DNA from: Terrimicrobiaceae bacterium
GTDB taxonomy: Bacteria; Verrucomicrobiota; Verrucomicrobiia; Chthoniobacterales; Terrimicrobiaceae
Length of the DNA: 64,000 bases
Assembly (NCBI GenBank): GCA_041752695.1
Contig: JBGSVZ010000019.1
Span: 43,401-107,400 of the forward strand
Reading direction: 5' to 3'
The notes below the pieces were generated by a model. The model was given only the letters and a program-made list of their open reading frames with translations, had not been told where the DNA came from and searched no databases. How positions within the stretch are numbered: position 1 is the stretch's first letter; each line of letters begins with the position of its first letter. Shown one piece after another: positions 1 through 10,578 of this stretch. A program made the position numbers and the translations under genes.

Positions 1-1972
1 CAGTGAAGGTCACAGTGCTGGAAGAAACCTGCGCGGTCAGAACCCCTCCGGTAAACGTGGAGGTGCCGGACACAAAGACCTTCCCCCCCGCGTTGAGCTG
101 CACCAGTCCACCGGAGAGCGTCATGTTACCATTGACGGTCAACGAAGAGTTGGTTCCGCCGCTGCCCTGGACGCGTCCTCCCGTCATTGTCAAATTATTG
201 ATCGTTTCGTTCGACCCGTTGTTTCCGCTGCTGGTGGTGGTATCCATCACAAAAGATCCGCCGTTGATCGTCACACTCGCTGTGTCCGCAATGGAATTGT
301 TATTCTTCAGGAGAGTGCCTCCATTCATCACCAGGTCGGTGGTCAAGGCCTGCACCCCAGCCGTTTTGTCCAGCCGGAGGATTCCACTATTGAGGGTGGT
401 GACACCGGCGTAGGTATTCGTCCCCGAACCCGAAAGAATCGTCTGTCCGTTCCCGCCGAAGGTCACACCATTCCCTCCATCGTTAGTGAGCACACTGCTG
501 ATATAGAGGGGAGCCACCGTATTGCCGTTATTAATGCCGTTGGTGAAGACCACGATACCACCTTCCTGGCCATTGAGGTCCAGCGTGCCAACACTCAGCG
601 TCATGGCGTTTGTGGCGACATTCGTTCCCGTCACCAACTGGCTCGCGTAGATCATCCCGCTCGCCACGGTCAGCGTGCCCGCCCCGTCAACAGTCAGACC
701 CGAATTAGCCGTCGTGCCACTGACCCCGAGGGACAAGGAATTGACGCTGGTGGTCGAGCTTAGGGTCGTGGTGATCACGCCAGCACCGGAACTGTTGGTC
801 AAAAGCGCGTTGTCCAATTGGGTCTGACCATCGGTGATCGTTGACACATATTCCGAACCACTCAATCGCCGGACACCCACCGAAGAATCATACGTGACCA
901 AACCCGTTCCGTTTCCGCCCGACGACGCATCCCCGTAGGCACCCTTGATGATCCCGGCCGTGGTCGTGCCAAGGGCCCCTGTCCCACTTAGGGTAGGCGC
1001 CGTGGTGAAAACGATGTTTGCACTATTCGTCCCCGAGCCGATGGCGTTCGTTCCCAGGTTTGTCCCGCGGAAAAGTGTCAGATTCCCGGCCTCCCGCTCA
1101 TAGGCCGAAACCGTCAGCCGGGCATTCCTTGCCGCATTGGAACTCACCGTAACCGTGGAAAACCCGCTCGCAGCTGTTAGCGTTCCGCTGATCACATCAT
1201 TGGAATTGGCCGTGGAATTTCCCGTGACGGATAAAATCGCGCCCCCCGAATTGCCCGAACCATCCAGCGCGACATTCTTGGCCCTGGTCGTGCCCGTGTT
1301 GCCATTTGTCGTGCTATTGAACTGCAAGGTTGTCGCTCCCGACGTCGCAGCATTGACGGTAAAGTCGGAATTAGCCGAACTGCCGACCGCCCCCGTGAGC
1401 GCCAAAACCCCCAAATTTACGACCGTTGCGCCGGAATAGGTATTTACACCGGCCAAATTGATCGTGCCGCCTGCGGCGGTGATTCCGCCGTTGGAAATCA
1501 CGTTAGTGAAGGTCAGGGTCTTCCCGCTTCCAACCGTCAAAGTCCGGCTTGCGCCCCCAAGATCAACGTTCAGTGCCTTGGTCCCCGTTGTCGATCCAAT
1601 GGTGATAATTTGGTTCCCACTGGTGTTCACAGCAATGTCCCCAGCCAATGTCACCGTGACCGCCGCCGTGGTACCGGTGAGAGAAAAGTTTCCGCCCGCG
1701 TTGTAGCGAAAATTCCACCCAGTCGACAGAACCGTGTCGGAGGAAAATGTCGCTGTCTGGGCTCCTGCCAACGTCAACGGCGTGTCCCAAAGTCCGTTGA
1801 TGCTCCCATCGTACCAGTTGGCGGAATTGTTGTAATCGTAGTTCCCGGCCGCCGTCTGATTCCACCCGGACTGAGCATGGGAGGACGCCGACGAGGCCAC
1901 GCCGACAAGCGCTATAAGAATTGAAGTCGAACGGGCACAGGCACCAGAGCGAGAGAAGAAGGAATTTTTCAT
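1..1972 (-). CDS. Secreted autotransporter-associated beta-strand repeat (PATR) protein, 3' end outside window
   Basis: Not in ORF track. Manual translation from ATG 1972: MKNSFFSRSGACARSTSILIALVGVASSASSHAQSGWNQTAAGNYDYNNSANW..., with a signal peptide, Gly/Thr/Ser/Asn-rich sequence and PATR-type repeats (GTINLAGVNTYSGATVVNLGVL; GQTILSGSGTNTYAGVTTLNSGIL). The frame stays open to the window edge. Confidence 0.9.
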   Translation of the reverse strand, partial: MKNSFFSRSGACARSTSILIALVGVASSASSHAQSGWNQTAAGNYDYNNSANWYDGSINGLWDTPLTLAGAQTATFSSDTVLSTGWNFRYNAGGNFSLTGTTAAVTVTLAGDIAVNTSGNQIITIGSTTGTKALNVDLGGASRTLTVGSGKTLTFTNVISNGGITAAGGTINLAGVNTYSGATVVNLGVLALTGAVGSSANSDFTVNAATSGATTLQFNSTTNGNTGTTRAKNVALDGSGNSGGAILSVTGNSTANSNDVISGTLTAASGFSTVTVSSNAARNARLTVSAYEREAGNLTLFRGTNLGTNAIGSGTNSANIVFTTAPTLSGTGALGTTTAGIIKGAYGDASSGGNGTGLVTYDSSVGVRRLSGSEYVSTITDGQTQLDNALLTNSSGAGVITTTLSSTTSVNSLSLGVSGTTANSGLTVDGAGTLTVASGMIYASQLVTGTNVATNAMTLSVGTLDLNGQEGGIVVFTNGINNGNTVAPLYISSVLTNDGGNGVTFGGNGQTILSGSGTNTYAGVTTLNSGILRLDKTAGVQALTTDLVMNGGTLLKNNNSIADTASVTINGGSFVMDTTTSSGNNGSNETINNLTMTGGRVQGSGGTNSSLTVNGNMTLSGGLVQLNAGGKVFVSGTSTFTGGVLTAQVSSSTVTFT

Positions 1973-2043
1973 GGGGTTCGAAGTTCGGGGGATTAGTTAC
2001 GGATTGGGGGTTTTGCGCCGGAGGGATGACCGGAACTGCCAAC

Positions 2044-2071
2044 ATCGTAGAATCGCTCAGGGATATGTCAA
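2044..2071 (-). promoter_or_regulatory. Sigma70-like promoter of the PATR gene
   Basis: Minus strand TTGACA (2066-2071)-N16-TACGAT (2044-2049), about 70 nt upstream of the ATG. Confidence 0.7.
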
Positions 2072-2610
2072 TGCTTTATCTTTGCTTTTTCGGCACTTTT
2101 TTCGCGAAATTTCGGCCTTCGCCAATCACGATCATGAAAACGAGATAGACGGCCTATTGTCCCGCGCTGCCTGTATTCAGGCTCATCCCATGGGGGAAGA
2201 CTGAGAGCCCACCACTACCCGAAGCTGCCCAGTTTGAGGTCATACAGCACCCTGGGTCGCATTCCCTCTTTCTGATCGCTTTGTTGTTAAAAACCCAAAA
2301 CTCTGTGTTTTTTTATAGCAATTTGACGCAATGTTTACCGGCGTTCACCTCTTTCTCAGTACCGGGTTGACCTCAGAGCTCAAAAACGATCAATACGAAC
2401 AGCCAACCTCGACTTCCGGTGCCTTTATACTCAGGTCTGCAGCTTCCAATCTCGGGACAAGACCGCGATGATTGACTAGAGGGCACCAGACAAAAACTCG
2501 TTGCGTGGACATTTCCCAGAAGCCGGAAGGATCTGTCTCGCTGAATCCACACCCTTCTTCGGATCAGAATAGACATGTCCAATCCCAGGGAAAAGCTGCC
2601 CCGCCTTCTT

Positions 2611-3378
2611 TTAAGGCCGATAAGTGCGGGTGCGGCCTGTCACTGGATCCACCTGCGCGGTGAAATAGTTTTTGGGCAGGGTCGACCCGTCGTCACCTTT
2701 CGCGGAGTACACCGTCAAATACCACTTTTCTGTGATGGGCTTCAGGCTGGTTCCGCCGTCGGCCCGAAAGAGAAAACTGATGTAATCCGTGCCACCGCTC
2801 CCCGGAAGCACTTCGTTGCCTTTCGTTAGACAGTCCTTGCCCACATTGGCGGCATCCAGCAGCGTGGAATAGGCGGCATTACCGGAAATGATGATGGGTT
2901 CCGGCAATTGCTTCAGCCGGCTCAAGGGTTTCCAACCCGCCGGATCGATGCCATCAATCAGGAAACTCCGAAAAGCCCGGAATTGTTTGTCGTTGGCATC
3001 CGTTTTCGAACCGAGATTATAAATGCGGACTTCGACGTCCCGGTTCCGGGAAAGCGCGGTCTGCCGGGCGAAATTCAACTCATCCGTGACCATCCCGGCA
3101 GAACGACCCACATTAAGTCCGCCCATGAGCGAACTGGTCGCGGGAACCATGACGGCCATCAGAACCGCCATGATCGCGATCACGACCAGAACTTCCACCA
3201 GGGAAAACGCGTGGAAGAATTTAAAACCACTAATGGGCACTAAAGTGCACTGATCCGCAGAACTCTGGCCTCTTCCCGCTTCCAGGCTGCGACCCGAAAA
3301 AATATCATGTTGAGCCTCAAGCGCCTGCCGTCCCGCCGGTCTTCTTATCACATGTCCAAGAGAATCTTTAGTACTCAT
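2611..3378 (-). CDS. vccD: Verru_Chthon cassette protein D (pilin-like, type IV N-methylation motif); start uncertain
   Basis: A|FSLVEVLVVIAIMAVL prepilin motif; ARQTALSRNRDVEVRIY; C-terminal LPKNYFTAQVDPVTGRTRTYRP; cassette context. Confidence 0.85.
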   Translation of the reverse strand: MSTKDSLGHVIRRPAGRQALEAQHDIFSGRSLEAGRGQSSADQCTLVPISGFKFFHAFSLVEVLVVIAIMAVLMAVMVPATSSLMGGLNVGRSAGMVTDELNFARQTALSRNRDVEVRIYNLGSKTDANDKQFRAFRSFLIDGIDPAGWKPLSRLKQLPEPIIISGNAAYSTLLDAANVGKDCLTKGNEVLPGSGGTDYISFLFRADGGTSLKPITEKWYLTVYSAKGDDGSTLPKNYFTAQVDPVTGRTRTYRP

Positions 3379-3406
3379 GAGTGCCTTTTGGTGCTTACCA
3401 CATCAC

Positions 3407-6400
3407 TCAGGGCGCGAAGCGTTTGGTGTTCACTACACGAAATTTGTACGGCCCGACCATGCCGTCTGGGTCGAGCTCGTTAGTGGGGTCTCCTGCGGAA
3501 TTCACCAGGGAGTCCGAATTGGGATCGAGATAGCGTTCGATCAGGAAGGAGCCCCGAAACTCCCCTGTGACCTGATCCTTGCCCTCGACAAACTGATTTG
3601 GGGCCGTCCCGTTGGCTTTTGCAATACTCTGGGCCATAACATGCACCGTAAACGTGTTAGATTTAGTGGTCAGCCTCGGATAGACGTGGCTATAGGGTCC
3701 TTCACGGACATTATCACCCGTCAACTCGTAGTCCCTCCACCAATTCGCCATCGTTCCGTAACTAGGGGAGCCAGGCGCTGAGGAACCATCCACATTTTTT
3801 TCCGGCACAAGAAAAATATTACAAATCTCTGAGGCTGACCGAAAGATGTCCCCGGATCCAAAACGTTCCTCAAACCCAGCCAAAGTGCCAGTTGTCTCGT
3901 CCGGATTGATTGTATATCGGAAGTCCGGCGGAAAACCGGCCCCTACCGTCTGCCCGCTATTTGAATCATATTTATAATTGATCGCATTAGCTGTCGGAAT
4001 CGCCATCATTCTGGTGGATTTTAATACCGCCCGGACTCCGGTACTTCTGGTCAGATAGGTAAACGGAAAAATCTGATAGTTCATATTCACCTTTCCGGCC
4101 GTAGAAAATGGCTCGCTGATGGCATATGGCTCCACAATTGGCATTGTAAAAAAGTCCAGGAATAGATGATCTGGCGGAACATTGTAGGGTGGACCACCAA
4201 ACGGAACTCCAAATCCGGGGTGCTGGGAACCACCGAGTGGATTCCTGGCGAAAAGCAAAGTCTGCCACGGCTTGGCAGCAGCAGGATCACTCGGGTCAAT
4301 TCCGGTGGGAAGGGAACCAAAAGATACTGCCGAAGAAATCTGGCGATTCGGGGAAAACGACGCCCCCGTATCTACGACAACAGCACTATTGGCCGAACGG
4401 TCATGGCCTTGAGCATTGTAATAGCCATTCGTAACGGTAGCATTCGATCCAACATTCCCCAAATCTGCCTTGTTGATGAACGGACCGTCTCTCCTGCTGC
4501 CTATGCCTGTGTCCCAGTCGCCCAGCACTCCGTTGGCCATATCGGCTTGCGCTAACCCCCGCGGGACGGCGGGGGCTCTATTCGATTTCTGGGGATTATT
4601 GGTCGCCACGTAATAGTTTGCAGCCGCCAGGAGCTTACCGGCTCTTCCCGCACCCGCATAATAACCTCCAGAAAAGCTGGTCATACCCTGGCCCGCTCCC
4701 GAATCCACCCTTAAACTATGAATCAATCGCGAGGCGACGGCCGTGTCACTGTATCTTTTTCCGTCCTCAGGAGTATCAAGGAGGCCATGGCCCTCAAAAT
4801 ACGAGTCTGGCACATTTTTCAAACCCGCTATCAATCGATAGTCTCCACGAGCGGGACCGCCATGCCGCGCCTCCACCGCCCTCACCGTATCCTCGTTCCG
4901 AATCAATGGAAGAGGGTTATGCTGACCATTTTGTTGAACTCCATAGCCTCCTCCCGTTTGCGTGGAACCAAACCGTGTGGTTAGCAAATTAAACTGAGTG
5001 ATGGTGCTTTGATCGTTCGCAGGGAGAGTCGAATCACTTTTGCTGTCCGACTTCGACCACGAAATCAAGGGAACCGGCCAACCATTCCCGTCTGGAAAAT
5101 TCATGACAATCGTCTGCACAAGATCCTCGCTATCAAGCGTATTCGCGTATCCCGAGTAAATTTCGATCGTTATTGATCCCCCTTCCAATCCGAATGAGGT
5201 ACCATTGATCGGAATTGCATTGGAAACGAATGGATAAAATTCCTCCTCGTTCGCAGCCCCAACTGTCGACATGCCCGGGCGCTTGATATTGAGCGGCCAA
5301 TACTGCGTAAAGAGTTCTAATCCGGTGAACGGAGTGGCATTGGACTGCCCATCGCGCGCCGTCACGAGATTTATGGCATCCGCAGGAAACCCGAGAGAAG
5401 TAGATACCGTCCCGGATGTCACTAAAAATTGGTCGAGGCCTCGCACACGAATTCTCATGTTTGCACTCCACGGAGGAGGTCCCGGAGAGGGGGTGAAAGG
5501 TTGAAGCACCAGGAAAGCGCTCATGTGCGGATTCGTTCCCGAGGTAACGGCCGCACTGGGAATTACACCGCCCGTGTACTTTTGTTGAGCAACTGTTTGC
5601 TCGGTTCCCGACACCAGAATATTATCGGACCGAAAGAAGACCAGAGCCGCCTGCGTGATTGTCCCGAAATTCCCAAACCCTTTTGTCCCGTTAGGCAACG
5701 AAAGAGGAACTACTTGGAATTGTCCCGTCCAAGCGTTCGTGTTACCCGGATTGAATGGCGCATAAGAATACCCACTTGTACCCGAGGTGGTCGCGATACC
5801 GGTTGTCGTGACATTGATGTTGCTACGCACAAAATCGAGCATCTCCGTGAGGATTTGATCCCGAGTTGACGAATTGTATTTCCCTCCGGGCCCAGACAAA
5901 CTCCCGCCAAATCCGGGGATGGGTGCCGCCGTGAGCGACTGTAGGTATGCGTAAACATCACGATTCCTTGTAATCTGATTCCAATCCAGAGCAGGACTCT
6001 GACTGCTCGGTTTTGGATTCTGTGAAGGACTGTAGGGCCCTGCGCCTCGATCATTAGGGCCATTTTTTGAGTTATCGTAGGTGCTGTAGCGTTGGAAAAA
6101 ATATTCCTTGGCGTCGGCACCAACCCCGATCGTCGAGCAGAAAGCTATCAATTTATCTTTGGCTGTTCGCGTCGCTTTTCCCGTAATCGGCTCCGGGTCG
6201 AGCTGAAGCGGCCATAGCGTGACCCGAGGTTTGTTAAACATGTTGACCTCAGGAGACCGGCTGTTCGCCGTTATAAAAAACCGGCTTTTCTCAATGTCGC
6301 CAACGGAAAAGGTCGATCCCGACCCATTGGGATTAACCACCCGAGAGCCCGATGAGAGAGCGGTCGCGCTGAAAAAAAACTCGTCCACCGTCCCAAACAG

Positions 6401-7512
6401 TCGCTCATTGTCCGCCAGAATGGGGGGTGTTAGATAGTTGACTGTAACTGTGCCACTTTTGCTTCCCCCATCCTGTACCCTCGGGAGGATGCTGTAAAGT
6501 CGTGCATTGTATTGATCTGCGGTTTCGCCTGATAGTGCGGGGAATATCACGCTTAAGGACGTCATCGCTGGATGACCGGGAAACCTCTGAAATTCATTTT
6601 GCGCAGGAATTGTCTGCGTCAACCTTGTTTCAAAACCCGTTGTTCCACTAGACGCCCACGGCCGATCCCAGAATGTCCCCTCAGATGCCGTATTGATATT
6701 AACTTTGCTGCTTTCATCATCCGTCCAGAAAGCAATTCGGCCAACGATGGGATCGGATGCGGAGGCCCCTGCGACGATTTGGGTAGCCGGATTCATCGCT
6801 GCAAGGGAACCGCTATTCAGGACATACATCCACTGCACAGGCATTGGCACGGGATTGATTTGCGTCGCTGAGGTGGCGACCGCCGCGTTGCCGGTATCCA
6901 AAAAGCATCCCTCAATCGGCCTAGAGGTGCCGGAAAGCGCTGCGCCGCCCGAAGTTCCAGACGCTACGGCCGTGGGATCAATAATCGGATAGCGATTCAC
7001 ACCTGCCACGGCGACCGGCTTGTTCAAATCAGTAAAAAGCGCGGCGCTGTCAGCCCAATTCCCCGGTACATCGGCGGCAGGATTAACGCTCCCGCTAACG
7101 CGAAGTTGGCCGGAGGAATAGAGTTTATAGGCTGTATCCAACGTGCCACTTCCCGTGTAAGTCCGAATCATACCCGGCTGCGAAGCCCAGGCGAGTTGAG
7201 GTTTTGCCGTGGCGTCTTGAATCTGGGAAATCACCAAACTGACCGCGGAATCCGCCAGGGCGCGCGCATCGGCTCCACTGGAATATTTTTTCGCGGACTG
7301 AAGTTCCACCGAAACACTGCTCAGGAACGCCACCACAAGCACCAGGACAAGCACCAGCATGCCCAGAACGACGACGAGGGCGACGCCTCTGGAGTAAGAG
7401 GAATGGTTGATTGTTGATTGTTGATTGCTGAAAGGCTGGCGGCACGCCGTCCGTTTTTTAACCTTTCAACAAAAGGCAAAGCCGTTCTCTCAACTGTCCA
7501 CTTCGATTTCAT
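3407..7512 (-). CDS. vccA: Verru_Chthon cassette protein A (large pilin-like protein); 5' end interrupted by a frameshift
   Basis: 1317-aa ORF 3407-7360 with AWASQPGMIRTY, PMPVQWMYVL, IVGRIAFWTDDESSKVNINTASEG, AGKVNMNYQIFPF and GEFRGSFLIERYLDP motifs. The frame is open up to 7465 (RGVALVVVLGMLVLV prepilin-like segment), but the coupled ATG at 7512 is in another frame. Confidence 0.85.
7407..7427. repeat. Heptamer tandem repeat (TTGATTG)3, i.e. (CAATCAA)3 on the coding strand, in the vccA leader
   Basis: Three perfect copies read directly at 7407-7413, 7414-7420 and 7421-7427. Confidence 0.95.
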
Positions 7513-8729
7513 TACTTATTACTCCACTTGGCCTGGCGCATGATGATGTCGGTGCTGAAGACACGATAATTCAACTTTTGCGTATTGCCGGTGAGATTTC
7601 CGGGTTTCGCATTGCAGATGTCCTCCACGGCCTGAATGTCTTCGTCGAGTTTGGAGGCATCGGTAAACAGGCTTGTCCCGGAGAGGTCGATGGCAGAGGG
7701 TGCCGAGGTGCTGTCACCTTGGACCCGGGCCGCTGAGGCCTCGTCGATCACGATCATGATGGCCTTCACGACGGGCGGGAGCTGATGGTGCCGCGTCATC
7801 AGAGCCGACTTTCCATCGGGATCCGTGGCGGTAAGGGGATCCCCAGGAAACGCCGGGGAGGCTCCCGGCCACTCCGAGTCGCTGCTGGCACCAAGCTTCA
7901 CCCGGGAATTGTAATTATAACGCGGAGCGAGGGCCACCCCGCTCGCATCATCCCGTTCGGGCAGCTTTGGGAGCAGGACCAGAGCGATCACATTTTCCGC
8001 GATCACGCGGCTGTTGGTTCCGGCGTGATCGGTGAACCAGTCGTTTTTTTCGTTCGGCCCCTTGGACGGATCGTAAACCCCAAGCATCTCGCTGCTTTGG
8101 GTCATCTCCATCATGCGGAAGCGATTACGGGGTTTAAATCCCGCCGAATTTTTGATGAAGTCCGGTACCGCGGCCGCCCCGTCATCAAACTGCAGAAAAT
8201 ATCCGGTGGCATTCAGCGCATTATCGAGATTGTCATAAGCGACGGAATATCCCTTGGGGGCCTGAAAGAAAATGCCATGAGTCTGGGTTTTGATCGCGGG
8301 CTCGCTGGCCAGCAAAGTCGCCGCCTGACCGGACACAAAATGCAGATCGGACATGCGGTCGTAAGTGGTGGGAACAAAGTTCGCCAGGGCGGCCGAGGAC
8401 GTGAGGGACGACCGGGAGACATTCGCCGAGTCGTAATAATCATAATACGTATTCAACATCGCCTGGGCGAGGTTGCGCGTCATGGAATCGAACCCGGCCC
8501 TGGCTTCCTGAAAGGCCTGAATCTTAGCCGTGGCGCTGCGCCAGATCTTGCTGGTCTGGTCGGTGAAATTTAGAACGACCCCGACGATCACGATGAAAAC
8601 CACGCTCGCGACGAGAAGCTCAAGGATGGTGAAGGCGTAGCGGGAGGCAGAAGATGCTACAACCCGCACCTCTGCGGCTCCCATGCCTGCCCTCCCGGCG
8701 GGACGGCCTACAGTTTTCGGGATGACCAT
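7512..8729 (-). CDS. vccC: Verru_Chthon cassette protein C (pilin-like)
   Basis: A|FTILELLVASVVF prepilin motif; FQEARAGFDSMTRNLAQAMLNTY, SDLHFVSG, HGIFFQAP, IAENVIALVLLP, HHQLPP, C-terminal AKWS. Confidence 0.85.
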   Translation of the reverse strand: MVIPKTVGRPAGRAGMGAAEVRVVASSASRYAFTILELLVASVVFIVIVGVVLNFTDQTSKIWRSATAKIQAFQEARAGFDSMTRNLAQAMLNTYYDYYDSANVSRSSLTSSAALANFVPTTYDRMSDLHFVSGQAATLLASEPAIKTQTHGIFFQAPKGYSVAYDNLDNALNATGYFLQFDDGAAAVPDFIKNSAGFKPRNRFRMMEMTQSSEMLGVYDPSKGPNEKNDWFTDHAGTNSRVIAENVIALVLLPKLPERDDASGVALAPRYNYNSRVKLGASSDSEWPGASPAFPGDPLTATDPDGKSALMTRHHQLPPVVKAIMIVIDEASAARVQGDSTSAPSAIDLSGTSLFTDASKLDEDIQAVEDICNAKPGNLTGNTQKLNYRVFSTDIIMRQAKWSNK

Positions 8730-8759
8730 AATGTCAAGACCACGCCGCTTGCGCGACCC

Positions 8760-9305
8760 CTAGAGTCCGTTGTCGGGAATCAGTGTGGTGAATTTTTTGA
8801 CATCAGGAGCGGATTTCAGATCCAAAGCCGCTCTTTCCGCGCTGCCCTTGGTGTTCAAAACCAGGATCGTTACCTTAGCCAGACGTTTGGAAACGGAGCC
8901 GTCCGGAAGAACGGTTTCGTCGGGCACTGGGAGGAATTCCGCCTTGTAAACGGCTTGGGCGCTGGTCTGAACCACTTTGCCCTGATCATCAAAATAATAG
9001 GGTGCCACATTCCCCTGTGAGTCCTCGCCCAAGCTGCCCAGCTTCTTAAAGTCCGTCTGCAAAGCCTGCGTTTTCAGCTGCTGCACAATCTGCGCCTCAA
9101 TGGTGGTATCCATGGCCTGGCGGGACACGCTCAAACCGACTGGCAACATGCCGAACATGGCGACGAAAGCGAAGCTGATGATCCCGATCGCCAGGGTCAC
9201 CTCGACCAAGGTAAAGCCCCGGGCCTGGAGACGTTGTCCAAGGCCAACGCCTGGGTGGAATTCCCGCCCAGAGTGCGGAAGAGGCTTGAGGGAGAGCTTT
9301 TTCAT
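8760..9305 (-). CDS. vccB: Verru_Chthon cassette protein B (pilin-like)
   Basis: RG|FTLVEVTLAIGIISFAFVAMFGMLPVGL motif; YYFDDQG. Confidence 0.85.
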   Translation of the reverse strand: MKKLSLKPLPHSGREFHPGVGLGQRLQARGFTLVEVTLAIGIISFAFVAMFGMLPVGLSVSRQAMDTTIEAQIVQQLKTQALQTDFKKLGSLGEDSQGNVAPYYFDDQGKVVQTSAQAVYKAEFLPVPDETVLPDGSVSKRLAKVTILVLNTKGSAERAALDLKSAPDVKKFTTLIPDNGL

Positions 9306-9330
9306 GACGATTGCGTGGGGGATATTTCCT

Positions 9331-9358
9331 ACGGTAACCGTATCCGAATGCTATGCAA
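9331..9358 (-). promoter_or_regulatory. Putative sigma70-like promoter of the vcc operon
   Basis: TTGCAT (9353-9358)-N16-TACCGT (9331-9336). Confidence 0.45.
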
Positions 9359-9647
9359 GAACTTTGTTTTTCATTTTCTGGGGGCGAGACTGCAGGAGAA
9401 GCTTCCCCCTTTTTTCGGGAAAATGCAAGTGCGTAGGCCATTTAGCTTGGCGATCAGGAGGGACGACAGGAACGAATAACTCCCCGTCGCTGCACGTTTC
9501 CAGGAACGCAATTTCCTTTGTAATAAAGCATTCGAATAGCGCAAGGACCGGTGTTTGCCTGGGCCGTGTGCGTCCTGATGGCCGACCTGAGCATCCAGAC
9601 AGGTTGCCCACTGAGGGCCGCTGAGAGATTCCATTCGATAAACGGGC

Positions 9648-10559
9648 ATGAATACGTCCGAACAACGTCCCGCATTTCGTGCCGCCGAGATGAAAGATCC
9701 CCGCAAGCTGTACGCCCGTCCTCCCTATTCCGCGGCAAAACAAGCTCCTCCCGGGTCGGAGGAGGAGATGCAACCGGCAGCTGATCACGGGGAAGAGAGC
9801 TATCAGGGCTCAGGGAAACTGCTGGACCGCCGGGCTCTGATCACCGGCGCGGATAGCGGCATTGGGCGGGCCGTGGCCCTCGCCTTTGCTCGCGAGGGGG
9901 CGGATGTGGCCATTTCCTACCTCTCCGAGCACGAGGATGCTCAGGAGACCCTTCGGCTGGTGGAGGAAGCGGGACGACAGGGATTTCTTCTGCCCGGAAA
10001 CATCGGAACGAAATCGGTCTGCGAGGACGTCGGGCAGCAGGCCATCGAGGCGCTGGGAGGAATTGATATCTTGGTCAACAACGCGGCCTATCAGCGCTCC
10101 TACGCAAAGTTCGAGGACATCCCGGACGACGAGTTCGAGGAGACGTACCGGGTGAATGTGTTTGCGATGTTCCGGCTCTGCAAAATCATTCTTCCTCAGA
10201 TGCCGGAGGGCGCGAGTATCATCAACACGGCCTCGATCCAGTCCTTCGACCCCGGCCCTGAGCTTCTTCCCTACGCGTCAACCAAGGCGGCCATCGCAAG
10301 TTTCACCTCCGCCCTTGCTGGACTGGCCATTTCGCAGGGCGTGCGCGTCAACGCCGTGGCACCCGGACCGGTCTGGACGCCTCTCATCCCCTCGACTTTG
10401 GACCCAAAGAAGGTCAAAAATTTCGGAGCGAACACCGTCTTCGGCCGGGCGGCGCAACCCGCGGAACTGGCACCACTGTTTGTCTTTTTGGCCAGCCACG
10501 AAGCCTCTTATGTCGCGGGTGAGATTCTCGGCGCGACCGGCGGCCGGATGCCTGTCTGA
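9648..10559 (+). CDS. SDR family oxidoreductase (YghA/general stress protein 39-like)
   Basis: SYQGSGKLLDRRALITGADSGIGRA, NNAA, YASTK catalytic motif, VAPGPVWTPL. Confidence 0.9.
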   Translation: MNTSEQRPAFRAAEMKDPRKLYARPPYSAAKQAPPGSEEEMQPAADHGEESYQGSGKLLDRRALITGADSGIGRAVALAFAREGADVAISYLSEHEDAQETLRLVEEAGRQGFLLPGNIGTKSVCEDVGQQAIEALGGIDILVNNAAYQRSYAKFEDIPDDEFEETYRVNVFAMFRLCKIILPQMPEGASIINTASIQSFDPGPELLPYASTKAAIASFTSALAGLAISQGVRVNAVAPGPVWTPLIPSTLDPKKVKNFGANTVFGRAAQPAELAPLFVFLASHEASYVAGEILGATGGRMPV

Positions 10560-10578
10560 GGGGATCGGCAATGACGAG

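Noticed and set aside
3..1706. Plus-strand Val/Pro-rich ORFs
   Set aside because: Antisense to the PATR repeat gene, which the ORF track missed because it runs off the window
2150..2610. Short ORFs in the vccD-PATR spacer
   Set aside because: No motifs or coding-like pattern; treated as intergenic
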